Positions 20,662 to 31,507 are shown, numbered from the stretch's first letter. The stretch is DNA of 64,000 nucleotides from Trueperaceae bacterium (GCA_034521815.1 JAXHLW010000012.1:96001-160000), one strand, 5' to 3'. The notes: generated by a model not told the origin, from the letters alone. Translations and numbers: made by a program.

Positions 20662-21561
20662 TCATCCTTCGCCGGAACGCGGATCGATGGCGTCGCGCAG
20701 CCAGTCTCCCAGCAGGTTGATGCCCAGCGTGGTCAGCGCGATCGCCAAGCCGGGGAAGATCGCCATCCACGGCTGGGTGGTCAGGAACCGCCGTCCCAGC
20801 GCCAGCATGTTGCCCCAGCTGGGCACCTGGGGCGGAACGCTCAGGCCCAGGAAGCCGAGGCCCGCCTCGTAGAAGATCATGGCCGAGGTCTCGAACGTCG
20901 CGAGCGTGGCCAGCGGCCCGATCAGGTTGGGAAGGAGATGGCGAGGGATGATGCGTCCGGCGCTCGCCCCCAGGCCGCGGGCCGCCTCGACGTACGACAG
21001 CTGGCGCAGGCGAAGCACCTCGCCCCTGGTGACGCGGATGAACACGGGGCTGCTGGTGACCCCGAACAGCAGGATCACGTTGGTCAGGCTCCGGCCCAGG
21101 ATGGTCGCGATGACGATCACCAGGACCAGGTACGGGATGGACAGCAGCAGGTTGGTGAAGGCGGTCACGACGGTGTCCAGCCAGCCGCCGAAGTAGCCGG
21201 CCAGCAGCCCCAGCGTCACGCCGATCGTGAGGGAGACCGACACGCCCAGCACGCCGACCAGCAGCGACACGCGAGCGCCGTACACGATCCGGCTGAACAG
21301 GTCCTGACCCAGCTGGTCGGTGCCCAGAAGATGCGCGGTGCTGCCCTCGGGGTGCCAGGCGGGCGGAATGCGCGCCGCCAGGAAGTCCGCGTCGGACGGC
21401 CCGTACGGCGCCACCCACGGCGCGAACAGCGCCGCGCCGGCGATGACGGTGATCAGGACCAGGCCGGCCAGACCGGCCGGGCTGCCGCGAAGGTCGCGCA
21501 GCAGCCGGCGGGGCGAGAACAGGCCCTCGCCGCTGTGCGCGTTCGTGTCCGGATCGCTCAC
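20662..21561 (-). CDS. Peptide/nickel-type ABC permease (DppC/OppC-like)
   Basis: HLLGTDQLGQD, YVEAARGLG, EAGLGFLGL, SWGNML. Confidence 0.9.
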   Translation of the reverse strand: MSDPDTNAHSGEGLFSPRRLLRDLRGSPAGLAGLVLITVIAGAALFAPWVAPYGPSDADFLAARIPPAWHPEGSTAHLLGTDQLGQDLFSRIVYGARVSLLVGVLGVSVSLTIGVTLGLLAGYFGGWLDTVVTAFTNLLLSIPYLVLVIVIATILGRSLTNVILLFGVTSSPVFIRVTRGEVLRLRQLSYVEAARGLGASAGRIIPRHLLPNLIGPLATLATFETSAMIFYEAGLGFLGLSVPPQVPSWGNMLALGRRFLTTQPWMAIFPGLAIALTTLGINLLGDWLRDAIDPRSGEG

Positions 21562-22475
21562 GACAGCCTCAATCGCGGGTCGATAAGGCCGTAGACCAGG
21601 TCGGTCGCCAGGTGGATCGAGATCGCGAACAGCGACAGGAAGATCGTGATCGACTGGACCAGGGGGAAGTCGGTGTCGCGGATCGCCGTCTCGAGCAGCG
21701 TCCCCAGGCCGGGCCAGGCGAACACGACCTCGATGTAGACCGAGCCGCCCAGCAGGTAGGTGAACTGGATCCCGATCACGCTGACGATCGGGATCGCGAC
21801 GTTGGGCAGCACGTGCCGGAGCGACACGACACGCTCGCGGATGCCCTTGGCCCGGGCGGTGCGGATGTAGTCGCTCTTGCGCACCTCCAGCACCGCCGAG
21901 CGCGTCAGCCGGACCAGCTGCCCCATGCCCGCGAAGCCCAGCGCCACGGCCGGGAGCACCAGCGAGGCGGGACCGTCCCTGCCGAACGACGGGAACCACC
22001 CCAGCTGGACGGAGAAGAACACGATCAGCAGCATCCCCAGCCAGAAGTTCGGGATGGTCTGACCGGCCAGGCCCACGCCGCGGGCCGCGAGGTCCAGGCC
22101 GCTGCCCGGGCGCATCCCGCCCGCCAAGCCCAGCGGCACCGCCACGATCATCGCGAACGCCAGGGCGGCCAGAGCCAGCTCCAAGGTGGCCGGCAGTCGC
22201 TCACCGATGATCTCGATGGTGGGCCGTCGCTGGCGCAGCGAGTCGCCCAGGTCGCCCCGGAACACGCCGGTCATGTACTCCGCGAACTGCACGGGCAGCG
22301 GCCGGTCCAGCCCCATCGCGGCGGCGAACGCCGCCCGCTGTTCGGGAGGCGCCTCCTTGGGCAGCATCAGCCCGACCGGATCGCCGGTGAGCCGAACCAT
22401 GAAGAACACCAGCACGAGCACGCCCAGGATCAGCAGGAGCGACTCGCCGGTGCGACGAACGAGAAATCTCAGCAT
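21558..22475 (-). CDS. Peptide/nickel-type ABC permease (DppB/OppB-like)
   Basis: GDLGDS, RLPATLEL, DYIRTARAKG, FAWPGLG. Confidence 0.9.
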   Translation of the reverse strand: MLRFLVRRTGESLLLILGVLVLVFFMVRLTGDPVGLMLPKEAPPEQRAAFAAAMGLDRPLPVQFAEYMTGVFRGDLGDSLRQRRPTIEIIGERLPATLELALAALAFAMIVAVPLGLAGGMRPGSGLDLAARGVGLAGQTIPNFWLGMLLIVFFSVQLGWFPSFGRDGPASLVLPAVALGFAGMGQLVRLTRSAVLEVRKSDYIRTARAKGIRERVVSLRHVLPNVAIPIVSVIGIQFTYLLGGSVYIEVVFAWPGLGTLLETAIRDTDFPLVQSITIFLSLFAISIHLATDLVYGLIDPRLRLS

Positions 22476-22486
22476 CGCAAGATAGG

Positions 22487-22513
22487 GCCGGTCCGGACGA
22501 GCGCCGGACCGGC
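22487..22513 (-). terminator. Intercistronic hairpin between binding protein and permease genes
   Basis: 10-bp stem GCCGGTCCGG-N7-CCGGACCGGC. Confidence 0.55.
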
Positions 22514-22520
22514 GGAACGA

Positions 22521-24053
22521 TCAGTCGGCGAAGCCGACGGACCGGAGGAAGTACTCTTCGGCGGCACGAGGCTGGTAGCCGACCAGGTCGGCGTCGACCG
22601 CCTCGAAGATCACCGGCTGGTAGAGGTAGATGAACGGCGGATCCTCGCGCATGAGCTCGTGCATCTCGACGTACAGCGCGGCGCGCGCCTCGCGGTCGAC
22701 CTCGGACTCGATCTCCTCGATCAGGCTCGCGAACTTCTCGTCCTCCCAGGTGGTGTAGTAGTTCCCGGGGGTGAGGGCGCCGTCCAGGCGGGGCAGCGCC
22801 TCGCCGAACTCGGACGACCAGCTGTCGACGTACATCGGGCCGGTCACGGCGTACTGAGCCTCGCTCCAGTAGGCGTTCGTCGTCTGGAAGTCCACCTCGA
22901 CGTCGACGCCGATGCCGCCAAGGCTGCTGGCGATCGCCTGGCAGACCTCGTTGATGTTGATGTAGCCGTCCGCGGGGCAGCCCATGCTGATCTCGAAGCC
23001 GTCAGGGTAGCCGGCTTCGGCCAGCAGCTCGCGGGCGCGCTCGGGATCGTAGGGGAACGGCTCCATCAGGTCGGCGTCGTAGCCCAGGTTGCCCTCGACG
23101 ATGAAGCCGGGAGCGGCGTTGGCCTGACCGCTGAAGATCGCCTGGTTGATGCCGAACCGGTCCAGGCCGTAGTTGAGCGCCTGGCGGACGCGCGCGTCCT
23201 CGAGCGGGGTGCCCACGCCGGCGCCGATGTTCTTGAACGCCACGTAGTAGACGCGATCGTTCAGGTACGAGATGACCTCGACGTCCTCTTCGCCTTCCAG
23301 CACGCTGACCTGATCGGCCGTCAGGCGGTTGGCGATGTCGATGTCGCCGGTCCGGATGGCGGCCAGGCGGGTCGAGGCGTCGGGGATCACGCGGTAGACG
23401 AGGCGGTCGACCTTCGGCAGGCCTTCATCCCAGTAGTCGGGGTTCGCCTCCATCACGATCCGGTCACCCGCGGTGCGGGAGACGAAGCGGAACGGGCCGG
23501 TGCCGACGGGATCCTGGGCGAACGCGTCCAGGCCCACCTCGGCGATGTACTCCGGAGGCACCATCGCCCAGTCGTTCGCCATCAGCGTGAGGAAGGTGGC
23601 GTTGGGCTCGGGGGTGGTGATCCGGACGGTGTGGTCGTCGATCGCTTCGACCAGGTCCGCGGCGGCGTACGAGTCGGCGTAGTCGTTCGAGTCGTCCTTG
23701 CCGGTCTCCCACGTGGCGATGACCGACGCGGCGTCGAACGGCTCGCCGTTATGGAACACGACGTCCTGGCGAAGCTCGAACACGTACTCCGTGCCGTCGT
23801 CGGAGACGGTCCAGTCGGTCGCGAGCGCCGGCACGATCTCACCGGCGTCGTCGATCCAGACCAGAGAGTCGAACAGCGACCAGGCGGCGTTCGAGGCGGT
23901 GCGATCCGAGGTGCGCGGCATGAACAGCGAGGTCGGGTCGCTGGACAGCGCGACGACGAGCTCGTCCTCGCTCTCCTGGGCGAAGGCGGCGGGGAGGGCG
24001 ATCAGGGCGGCCAGGACGGCAGCGAGCAACGTTCGTAAGGTCCGGTGAGTCAA
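22521..24053 (-). CDS. ABC substrate-binding protein, family 5
   Basis: AAGGAG RBS plus TTG; signal peptide ending AFA; PALATDW, FHNGEPF, PVGTGPF, RVRQAL. Confidence 0.9.
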   Translation of the reverse strand: MTHRTLRTLLAAVLAALIALPAAFAQESEDELVVALSSDPTSLFMPRTSDRTASNAAWSLFDSLVWIDDAGEIVPALATDWTVSDDGTEYVFELRQDVVFHNGEPFDAASVIATWETGKDDSNDYADSYAAADLVEAIDDHTVRITTPEPNATFLTLMANDWAMVPPEYIAEVGLDAFAQDPVGTGPFRFVSRTAGDRIVMEANPDYWDEGLPKVDRLVYRVIPDASTRLAAIRTGDIDIANRLTADQVSVLEGEEDVEVISYLNDRVYYVAFKNIGAGVGTPLEDARVRQALNYGLDRFGINQAIFSGQANAAPGFIVEGNLGYDADLMEPFPYDPERARELLAEAGYPDGFEISMGCPADGYININEVCQAIASSLGGIGVDVEVDFQTTNAYWSEAQYAVTGPMYVDSWSSEFGEALPRLDGALTPGNYYTTWEDEKFASLIEEIESEVDREARAALYVEMHELMREDPPFIYLYQPVIFEAVDADLVGYQPRAAEEYFLRSVGFAD

Positions 24054-24312
24054 CGGAGTCTCCTTCGAAATCGAGCGTGATGGACGGGCGTGTGGTCTTC
24101 TGTCGGACGAGCCGAGCCGGCCCGGCCGTCGCGACGAGCGGCGGCGCGAAGAGCGCGGGCCGCAAGGCGCCGTGCCGGGAGGGTCGACCAGGCACCTTAG
24201 CATGCGTCCGTGAGAGCGCCGAAGATAGCGTGTGGGACGCGATGACCGAAACGAGACCGCACCGAGCGGTACGGGCGGCCGCGGCTGGGGCCGCCGCTGG
24301 AAGGAGCGAACG

Positions 24313-26007
24313 ATGAGCGAAGAACGCTACGACGTGGTGGTGGTGGGCGGAGGATCGGCGGGGTCGGCGATCGCGGCGCGGCTGAGCGAGGACGCGTCCA
24401 CCCGCGTCCTGGTCCTCGAGGCCGGCCGCGCCGACTGGCCGTGGGACGTGTTCATCCACATGCCGGCCGCCCTGCCGTTCCCGATCGGAAACCCCCGCTA
24501 CGACTGGGGCTACGCCTCCGACCCCGAGCCGCACATGGGCGGCCGCACCGTCTACCACGCCCGCGGCAAGGTGCTGGGCGGCTCGTCGAGCATCAACGGC
24601 ATGATCTTCCAGCGCGGCAACCCGATGGACTACGACCGCTGGGCGCAGGCGCCGGGGATGGAGGCGTGGGACTACGCCCACTGCCTGCCGTACTTCAAGA
24701 GGATGGAGACCAGCCCGACAGGGCCGGACGCCTGGCGCGGCGGCGACGGGCCGTTGATCCTGGAGCGCGGCCCGGCGACCAACCCGCTGTTCGGCGCGTT
24801 CTTCGAAGCCGCCCAGCAAGCGGGGTACCAGCGAACCGACGACGTGAACGGCTACCGTCAGGAGGGGTTCGCGCCGTTCGACCGGAACATCCACCGCGGT
24901 CGCCGCTGGTCGGCGTCCAAGGCGTACCTGGGCCCGGCCCGGCATCGGGAGAACCTCGAGGTCCGGACCCGCGCGACCACGACCCGGATCCTCTTCGACG
25001 GAACGCGCGCCATCGGCGTCGAGTACCTGCACCGGGGACGCGCCAAGCGGGTCCTGGCGGACGAGGTGATCCTCACCGCCGGCGCGATCGCCACGCCCCA
25101 GCTGCTGCAGCTCTCGGGCGTGGGGCCGGTCGACCACCTGCGCTCGCTGGGCATCGAGCCGGTCGCCGACCTGCCCGGGGTCGGACGCAACCTGCAGGAC
25201 CACCTCGAGGTGTACATCCAGCACGCCTCGAAACAGCCCGTCTCGATGGCGCCCTACCTGGCGTGGTGGAGGCGGCCGTGGGTCGGGTTCCAGTGGCTGT
25301 TCTTCCGGCGCGGCGCGGGCGCGACGAACCACTTCGAGGGCGGAGGGTTCGTTAGGTCCAACGACGAGGTCGACTGGCCCAACCTGATGTTCCACTTCCT
25401 GCCGCTCGCGATTCGCTACGACGGCACCTCGCCCGCCTCGGGCCACGGCTACCAGGTGCACGTGGGACCGATGTTCTCGGACGTCCGCGGCGAGCTGAAG
25501 ATCGTGTCGTCCGACCCGAGCGTGAAGCCGTCGATGCGGTTCAACTACCTCTCGACCGAGAACGATCGCCGCGAGTGGCTCGAGGCGGTCCGGACCGCGC
25601 GGCAGATCCTGAGCCAGCCGGCGTTCGAGCCGTACGACGCCGGCGAGCTCTCGCCCGGCCCCGCGGTCCAGAGCGACGAGGAGATCCTGGACTGGGTCGC
25701 CCGCGACGCCGAGACGGCGCTGCACCCGTGCGGTACCGCCAAGATGGGCACCGACGCGGCGTCCGTCGTCGACCCGTCGTCGATGAAGGTGCACGGGCTC
25801 GAGGGGCTGCGGATCGCCGACGCGTCGGTGATGCCGGTGATCACGAACGGCAACATCTACGCGCCGGTGATGATGATCGCCGAGAAGGCGGCCGACCTGA
25901 TCCGCGGCCGCGAGCCGCTGCCGCCCTCCGACGCTCCGGTCCATCGCCACGGCGATACGTCGGGCGCCCCGTCCGCTCCGGGACACACCGTTCCACCTCG
26001 CCCCTGA
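24313..26007 (+). CDS. betA: Choline dehydrogenase (GMC oxidoreductase)
   Basis: [56 protein letters not shown]. Confidence 0.88.
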   Translation: MSEERYDVVVVGGGSAGSAIAARLSEDASTRVLVLEAGRADWPWDVFIHMPAALPFPIGNPRYDWGYASDPEPHMGGRTVYHARGKVLGGSSSINGMIFQRGNPMDYDRWAQAPGMEAWDYAHCLPYFKRMETSPTGPDAWRGGDGPLILERGPATNPLFGAFFEAAQQAGYQRTDDVNGYRQEGFAPFDRNIHRGRRWSASKAYLGPARHRENLEVRTRATTTRILFDGTRAIGVEYLHRGRAKRVLADEVILTAGAIATPQLLQLSGVGPVDHLRSLGIEPVADLPGVGRNLQDHLEVYIQHASKQPVSMAPYLAWWRRPWVGFQWLFFRRGAGATNHFEGGGFVRSNDEVDWPNLMFHFLPLAIRYDGTSPASGHGYQVHVGPMFSDVRGELKIVSSDPSVKPSMRFNYLSTENDRREWLEAVRTARQILSQPAFEPYDAGELSPGPAVQSDEEILDWVARDAETALHPCGTAKMGTDAASVVDPSSMKVHGLEGLRIADASVMPVITNGNIYAPVMMIAEKAADLIRGREPLPPSDAPVHRHGDTSGAPSAPGHTVPPRP

Positions 26008-26024
26008 GCATCGTAGGGTGCCCC

Positions 26025-27368
26025 ATGACCGGCCGAAACCCGCTCTTCTACCAGACCCGCGCCACGCTCCCGACCGTCGAACGCGGCGAGGGCGTGTGGC
26101 TGATCGACTCCGAAGGACGGCGCGTGCTGGACGGCTGTTCCGGCGCGGTCGTGGCCAACGTCGGGCACGCCCACCCGTACGTCCTGGAGGCGATGCGGCG
26201 GCAGGCCGAGAAGGTGACGTTCGCGTACCGGACCCAGTTCGAGAACGAGCCGGCGCTGGCGTTCGCGCGGCGCCTCACCGAGCACCTCACGCAGGGTCTC
26301 GAGCGGATCTTCTTCGTCTCCGGCGGCTCGGAAGCGGTCGAGACGGCGATCAAGCTGGCGCGTAGCTACCACTCGGCGCGCGGCGACGATCGCCGCTACC
26401 GCATCGTCAGCCGCTTTCCGAGCTACCACGGCTCGACCCTCGGCGCGCTGGCGGCGACCGGCTACCGGCCGCTCACCGACGGCTACGCGCCGATGATGGT
26501 CGAGCCCAACCACGTCACCGCGCCCACCTGCTACCACTGTCCGTTCGGTCTGAGCTACCCGACCTGCGGGCTGGCGTGCGCCCAGGACCTGGAGCGCGTG
26601 CTGCAGTCGCTGGATCCCTCCACCGTGGCGGCGTTCGTGCTGGAGCCGATCGGCGGCGCCTCGACCGGCGCGATCGTCCCGCCCGACGGCTACTTCGACC
26701 GGATCACCGAGATCGCGCGGGCGCACGGCATCCTGCTGATCTTCGACGAGGTCATGACCGGCGCGGGCCGGACCGGCGCCTACTGCGCCTACCAGCACTG
26801 GGATCCCGGCGCGCAGGTCGACATCCTGGCGCTGTCCAAAGGCCTGGGCGCGGGCTACACCCCGCTCGGCGCGGTCGCGGCACGCGACGAGATCGCCGAG
26901 ACGGTGCTGGACGCGGGCGCGTTTCCCCACGGCTTCTCGTACGCCGGCAACCCGCTGTCGTGCGCGGTGGGGCTGGCGGTGCTCGAGGTGATCGAGAACG
27001 AGGGACTGATCGAGCGCGCCGCGATCAAGGGCGAGACCTTGGGCGAGGGGCTGCGCGAGCTGGCCGTGCGGCACCCGATGATCGGCGACGTCCGCGGCAA
27101 GGGGATGCTGTGGGGCCTCGAGTTCGTCGCCGACCGCGACGCCCGCACGCCGTTCGAGTTCGACATGAACGTGGCCCAGCGTCTGACGGTGTTCGCGGCG
27201 GCCGAGAAGCTGCTCATCTACCCGCGGCGCGGTGGGGGCGGCCTGTTCGGCGATCACGCGCTGATCGCGCCGCCGCTCACGATCGACGACGGCGAGATCG
27301 GCGAGCTGCTCGCGCGGCTGGACCGCGCCCTGACCCGCTGCGAGCGGGACCTGGCGGAGGCGGCGTGA
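26025..27368 (+). CDS. Class III PLP aminotransferase
   Basis: SGGSEAVE, SYHGST, DEVMTGAGRTG, SKGLGAGY. Confidence 0.9.
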   Translation: MTGRNPLFYQTRATLPTVERGEGVWLIDSEGRRVLDGCSGAVVANVGHAHPYVLEAMRRQAEKVTFAYRTQFENEPALAFARRLTEHLTQGLERIFFVSGGSEAVETAIKLARSYHSARGDDRRYRIVSRFPSYHGSTLGALAATGYRPLTDGYAPMMVEPNHVTAPTCYHCPFGLSYPTCGLACAQDLERVLQSLDPSTVAAFVLEPIGGASTGAIVPPDGYFDRITEIARAHGILLIFDEVMTGAGRTGAYCAYQHWDPGAQVDILALSKGLGAGYTPLGAVAARDEIAETVLDAGAFPHGFSYAGNPLSCAVGLAVLEVIENEGLIERAAIKGETLGEGLRELAVRHPMIGDVRGKGMLWGLEFVADRDARTPFEFDMNVAQRLTVFAAAEKLLIYPRRGGGGLFGDHALIAPPLTIDDGEIGELLARLDRALTRCERDLAEAA

Positions 27369-28090
27369 TCGTGGCGCGCGGCGACGAGGCGGCGGCGCGC
27401 GCCGAGGCGCTGGCCGCCGAGGTCCAGGACGGCGCGACCGTGATGGTCTCCGGCTTCGGCGAGCCGGGCACCCCGTTCCTGCTGCTCGACGCGCTGGCTC
27501 GCTGCGGCGGACGCGAGCTGACCGTCGTCAAGAACGACGCGAACGAGGCCGGCATCGGTGTCGGCCGGCTGCTGGACGAAGACCGCGTGAAGCGCCTGAT
27601 CGCCTCGCACATCGGGCTGAACCGCGACGCCATGGCCGCCTGGAACGACGGCCGGATCGAGGTCGAGATCCACCCGCAAGGCCTCCTGGCCGAGCGGATC
27701 CGCTGCGGTGGCGCGGGCCTGCCCGCGTTCCTGGCCGACCTGGACGCGGACCTCCTGCCCGCCACGCCCGACGCGCGCGAGACGATGACCTGGCGCGGAC
27801 GCACCGTCACGATCGAGCCCGCGTTGCGCGCCGACGTGGCGCTGATCCACGCCGCGGCGGCGGACCGCTGGGGGAACCTGCGCTACCACGCCACCGCGCG
27901 CAACTTCGCGCCGGCGATGGCCATGGCCGCGGACCGCGTCTGGGTCACGGTGGACGTGCTGAGCGACACGCCGCTGGATCCCGACACGGTCGTCACGCCC
28001 GGCGCCTTCGTCGACGCGGTGCTCGAGCTTCCGCCCCACTACGATCCCGGCAGCAAGGCCGCCCGCATCCGGCGTGGAGAGCGGCCGTGA
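27365..28090 (+). CDS. 3-oxoacid CoA-transferase subunit A
   Basis: MVSGFG, SHIGLN, PQGLLAERIRCGGAG, GNL, NFAP, VTPGAFVD. Confidence 0.88.
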   Translation: MIVARGDEAAARAEALAAEVQDGATVMVSGFGEPGTPFLLLDALARCGGRELTVVKNDANEAGIGVGRLLDEDRVKRLIASHIGLNRDAMAAWNDGRIEVEIHPQGLLAERIRCGGAGLPAFLADLDADLLPATPDARETMTWRGRTVTIEPALRADVALIHAAAADRWGNLRYHATARNFAPAMAMAADRVWVTVDVLSDTPLDPDTVVTPGAFVDAVLELPPHYDPGSKAARIRRGERP

Positions 28091-28887
28091 GCCCCTCGCA
28101 GGACCGCTCCGCCGACCGCTCCGCCAACCGCGCCCCGAGCCGAGCCGAGGCGCGCGAGCGGATCGCGGCGCGCGCCGCGCTGGAGGTCCGCGCCGGCGAG
28201 ATCGTCAACCTCGGGATCGGCCTGCCGACCGAGGTGGCCCGCCACCTCCCGAGCGACGGGTCGGTCCGTGTGCACGCCGAGAACGGCATCGTCGGGATGG
28301 GCCCGGCAGCGGGGCCGGGCAGCGAGGATCCCGACCTGATCGACGCCGGCGGCCGCTACGTCACGGTGCTGCCCGGCGCGGCGTACCTGGACAGCGTCAC
28401 CTCGTTCGCGCTGGTGCGGGGCGGCCGCGTCGGGGTGTGCGTGCTGGGCGCGTTCGAGACCGACGTGCGCGGCGACCTGGCGAACTGGCGGGTGCCGGGT
28501 CGCGCGGCGCCCGGGGTGGGCGGCGCGATGGAGCTGGCCCAGCGCGTGCCGCGCGTGATCGTCACGACGCTCCATACCGACCGCAGCGGCGCACCCAAGC
28601 TGGTCCAGCGCTGCGCCTTGCCGTTGACCGCGCGCGGCTGCGTGACGCGGATCGTGACGGAGCTGGCGGTGCTGGAGCCGGCCGGCGATCGTTTCCGCCT
28701 GCTGGAGCTGGCCCCCGGAGCGACGCTGGACGAGGTTCGCACCGCGACGGGCGCCGAGCTGGACGACGCGGCCGTGCAGGCGTGGGGCGGCTCGGTCGGC
28801 GCTGCCGATACCCGCCGAGCTGGCGACGCCCGCCGCGGAGCCGACGCGGGCGATCCGACCTCGGCCGACGACGAGAAAGGAGCTTGA
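28087..28887 (+). CDS. 3-oxoacid CoA-transferase subunit B
   Basis: VNLGIGLPT, AENG (catalytic Glu), GDLANW, GGAMEL, LPLT. Confidence 0.9.
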   Translation: MSPSQDRSADRSANRAPSRAEARERIAARAALEVRAGEIVNLGIGLPTEVARHLPSDGSVRVHAENGIVGMGPAAGPGSEDPDLIDAGGRYVTVLPGAAYLDSVTSFALVRGGRVGVCVLGAFETDVRGDLANWRVPGRAAPGVGGAMELAQRVPRVIVTTLHTDRSGAPKLVQRCALPLTARGCVTRIVTELAVLEPAGDRFRLLELAPGATLDEVRTATGAELDDAAVQAWGGSVGAADTRRAGDARRGADAGDPTSADDEKGA

Positions 28888-28888
28888 C

Positions 28889-30217
28889 GTGACCGACCTT
28901 CCCCCGGAGTCCAGCGTCGCCCTCGACGCGGAGGTGCTCAACGCGATCGACGCGGCCGTCGACGAGCTGCGCGACGAGCGCACCGAGTTCCTGGCCGACC
29001 TGGTCCGCTTCCGGAGCGTGCTGGGACGCGAGGCGGGCGTGCAGCGGCGCATGGCGGACGCGTTCGAGGACGCCGGCCTGGCGGTCGACGCCTGGAACGT
29101 CCGCTACGACGACCTGAAGGACCTGCCCGGCTTCTCGCCGGTCGACTGGGACGACGGCGAGCGACCGAACGTCGTGGGCGTGCACCGCGTCGCCCGGCCG
29201 GCCGGACGCTCGCTGATCCTGAACGGTCACGTGGACGTCGTGCCCGCCGGACCCGAGGGGCTCTGGACCTCGCCGCCGTACGAGCCCGAGATACGCGGCG
29301 GCAGGATGTACGGCCGCGGCGCGGGCGACATGAAGTCGGGGCTCGCGGCGTACCTCTACGCCTACAAGGCGCTGCTCCTGGCGGGGTTCGAGCCCGCCTC
29401 GGAGCTGATCCTGCAGAGCGTGATCGAGGAGGAGTGCACCGGCAACGGCGCGCTGGCCACCGTTCAGCGCGGCTACCGCGCCGACGCGGCGATCATTCCC
29501 GAGCCGTTCGACCACACCATCCTCACCGAGCAGCTGGGCGTCCTGTGGGTCCGGGTGGCGGTCCACGGGCGACCGACCCACGTGCTCGAGGCCACCGCCG
29601 GCTCGGACGCGATCCGGCTGGCGTGGCAGCTGACCGAGGAGCTGCGCCGGCTCGAGGCCGAGATGAACCGCGACGAGGCGCGCCCGGCGGCGTACCGCGA
29701 CGCGGTGCACCCGATCAACGTGAACGTCGGCCGGATCGCGGGGGGCGAGTGGACCTCGTCCGTGCCGGCCGCGTGCACGTTCGACGCCCGCATCGGGTTC
29801 TTCCCCGGCACCTCGGCCGCCGAGGCCAAGCGCATCGTCGAGCGCCGCATCGCCGACTTCGCCGCAGCGCACCCCGTGCTGCGCGACGACCCGCCCACGC
29901 TGACGTGGGTCGGGTTCCAGGCCGAGCCGTACACGATCCGGGCCGACGCCGCGCCGCTGCGAGAGCTCGCCGAGGTGCACCGCGGCGTGTTCGGCACCCG
30001 CCCCCGCACGCTGGCCAGCACCGCCACGACCGACGCGCGCATCCTGGGCCAGATCGGCGGCGTGCCGACCACCTGCTACGGGCCGCAGGCCAGCGCCATC
30101 CACGGCGTCGACGAGTCGGTCGACCTGGAGAGCGTGCACCAGGTCACCCGGGTGCTGGCGCGCTTCGTGGCGTCGTGGTGCGGGCTGCGGCCGGTGGGCC
30201 GCCCGGGCGCCGCGTGA
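28889..30217 (+). CDS. ArgE/DapE family (M20) deacylase
   Basis: LNGHVDVVP, GRGAGDMK, EEE, HGVDE. Confidence 0.88.
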   Translation: MTDLPPESSVALDAEVLNAIDAAVDELRDERTEFLADLVRFRSVLGREAGVQRRMADAFEDAGLAVDAWNVRYDDLKDLPGFSPVDWDDGERPNVVGVHRVARPAGRSLILNGHVDVVPAGPEGLWTSPPYEPEIRGGRMYGRGAGDMKSGLAAYLYAYKALLLAGFEPASELILQSVIEEECTGNGALATVQRGYRADAAIIPEPFDHTILTEQLGVLWVRVAVHGRPTHVLEATAGSDAIRLAWQLTEELRRLEAEMNRDEARPAAYRDAVHPINVNVGRIAGGEWTSSVPAACTFDARIGFFPGTSAAEAKRIVERRIADFAAAHPVLRDDPPTLTWVGFQAEPYTIRADAAPLRELAEVHRGVFGTRPRTLASTATTDARILGQIGGVPTTCYGPQASAIHGVDESVDLESVHQVTRVLARFVASWCGLRPVGRPGAA

Positions 30218-31458
30218 CGCGGGCCGGACCGCGCGACGCGGTCGTCGTCTCCGCCGTCCGCACGCCCACCGGCAAGGGTCGCCCGGCGCGGCCCGGCAAG
30301 CCGGGCGGCGCGCTGCACGGCTGGCACCCGGTCGATCTGGCCGCCGCCGTGTTGCGCGCCGCGGTCGAGCGTGCCGGCCTGGACCCGGACCGGCTCGAGC
30401 CGGACGCGATCGACGACGTGCTGATCGGCTGCGTGGGCCAGGCCGCCGAGCAGTCGTTCAACGTCGCCCGCAACGCCGTGCTGGCGGCGGGACTGCCGGA
30501 GTCGGTGCCGGCCGCGACGATCGACCGGCAGTGCGGCTCGTCGCAGCAGGCGCTGACGTTCGCCGCGCAGGCGATCCGCGCCGGCGACCAGGACGCCGTG
30601 CTGGTGGGCGGCGTCGAGTCGATGTCGCGCGTGCCGATGGGCTCGGCCGCGGCGGGCGCCGACCCGTACGGTCCCGGCGTCGCCGCTCGCTACGACGGCG
30701 GGCTGGTGCCGCAGGGCATCTCGGCCGAGCTGATCGCCGCCCGCTGGGGCCTGTCACGCGCCGAGCTCGACGCGTTCGCGGCCCGCTCGCACCGGCTGGT
30801 GGACGATGCGGGCGCACGCGGCGCGGTGGACGCCGAGCTGCTGCCGCTGCCGGTGGACCGGGGCGACGGTCGAACCGGCGAGACCTTGGGTCGGGACGAA
30901 GGCGTGCGGCCCGGCACCACCGCGGAGACGCTCGCCTCGCTAGAGCCGGCGTTCCGCGACGCGGCGTGGGAGCGCCGCTTCCCCGAGCTGGCGTGGGTGG
31001 TGCACGCCGGCAACGCCTCCCAGCTCGCAGACGGCGCGGCGGCGCTGCTGGTGATGGCGCGCGAGCGGGCCGAGGCGGACGGCCTGGTGCCGCGCGCCCG
31101 GGTCCGGACCTCCGTCGTGGTGGGCAGTGATCCGATCCTGAACCTGACGGGGGTCATCCCCGCCACGCGCAAGGCGCTGCGCCGGGCGGGCCTCGCCGTC
31201 GGCGACGTCGGCGCGTTCGAGGTGAACGAGGCGTTCGCGCCGGTCGTGCTGGCGTGGCTGGCCGAGATCGGCGCCGACCCCGCGCGCGTGAACGTGCGCG
31301 GCGGGGCGATCGCCAACGGTCACCCGCTGGGCGCGTCGGGCGCGAAGCTGACGACGACGCTGCTGCACGTGATGGAGGAACGCGGCGTCGAGCTGGGTCT
31401 GCAGGTGATGTGCGAGGGGGGCGGGATGGCGAACGCGACGGTGTTCGAGCGGGGGTGA
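30214..31458 (+). CDS. Acetyl-CoA C-acyltransferase (thiolase)
   Basis: DRQCGSS, GNAS, NEAF, GHPLGASG, MCEGGG. Confidence 0.93.
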   Translation: MTRAGPRDAVVVSAVRTPTGKGRPARPGKPGGALHGWHPVDLAAAVLRAAVERAGLDPDRLEPDAIDDVLIGCVGQAAEQSFNVARNAVLAAGLPESVPAATIDRQCGSSQQALTFAAQAIRAGDQDAVLVGGVESMSRVPMGSAAAGADPYGPGVAARYDGGLVPQGISAELIAARWGLSRAELDAFAARSHRLVDDAGARGAVDAELLPLPVDRGDGRTGETLGRDEGVRPGTTAETLASLEPAFRDAAWERRFPELAWVVHAGNASQLADGAAALLVMARERAEADGLVPRARVRTSVVVGSDPILNLTGVIPATRKALRRAGLAVGDVGAFEVNEAFAPVVLAWLAEIGADPARVNVRGGAIANGHPLGASGAKLTTTLLHVMEERGVELGLQVMCEGGGMANATVFERG

Positions 31459-31480
31459 GGGCCGGGCGTCGGGGGCCCCG

Positions 31481-31507
31481 CCAGGCGTGGGTGTCCAGGA
31501 GAATCAC
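31481..31507 (-). pseudogene. N-terminal stump of a VapC/PIN toxin (MILLDTHAW)
   Basis: GTG overlaps the antitoxin TGA; ILLDTH is the typical PIN first motif; similarity ends after 9 codons. Confidence 0.65.
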
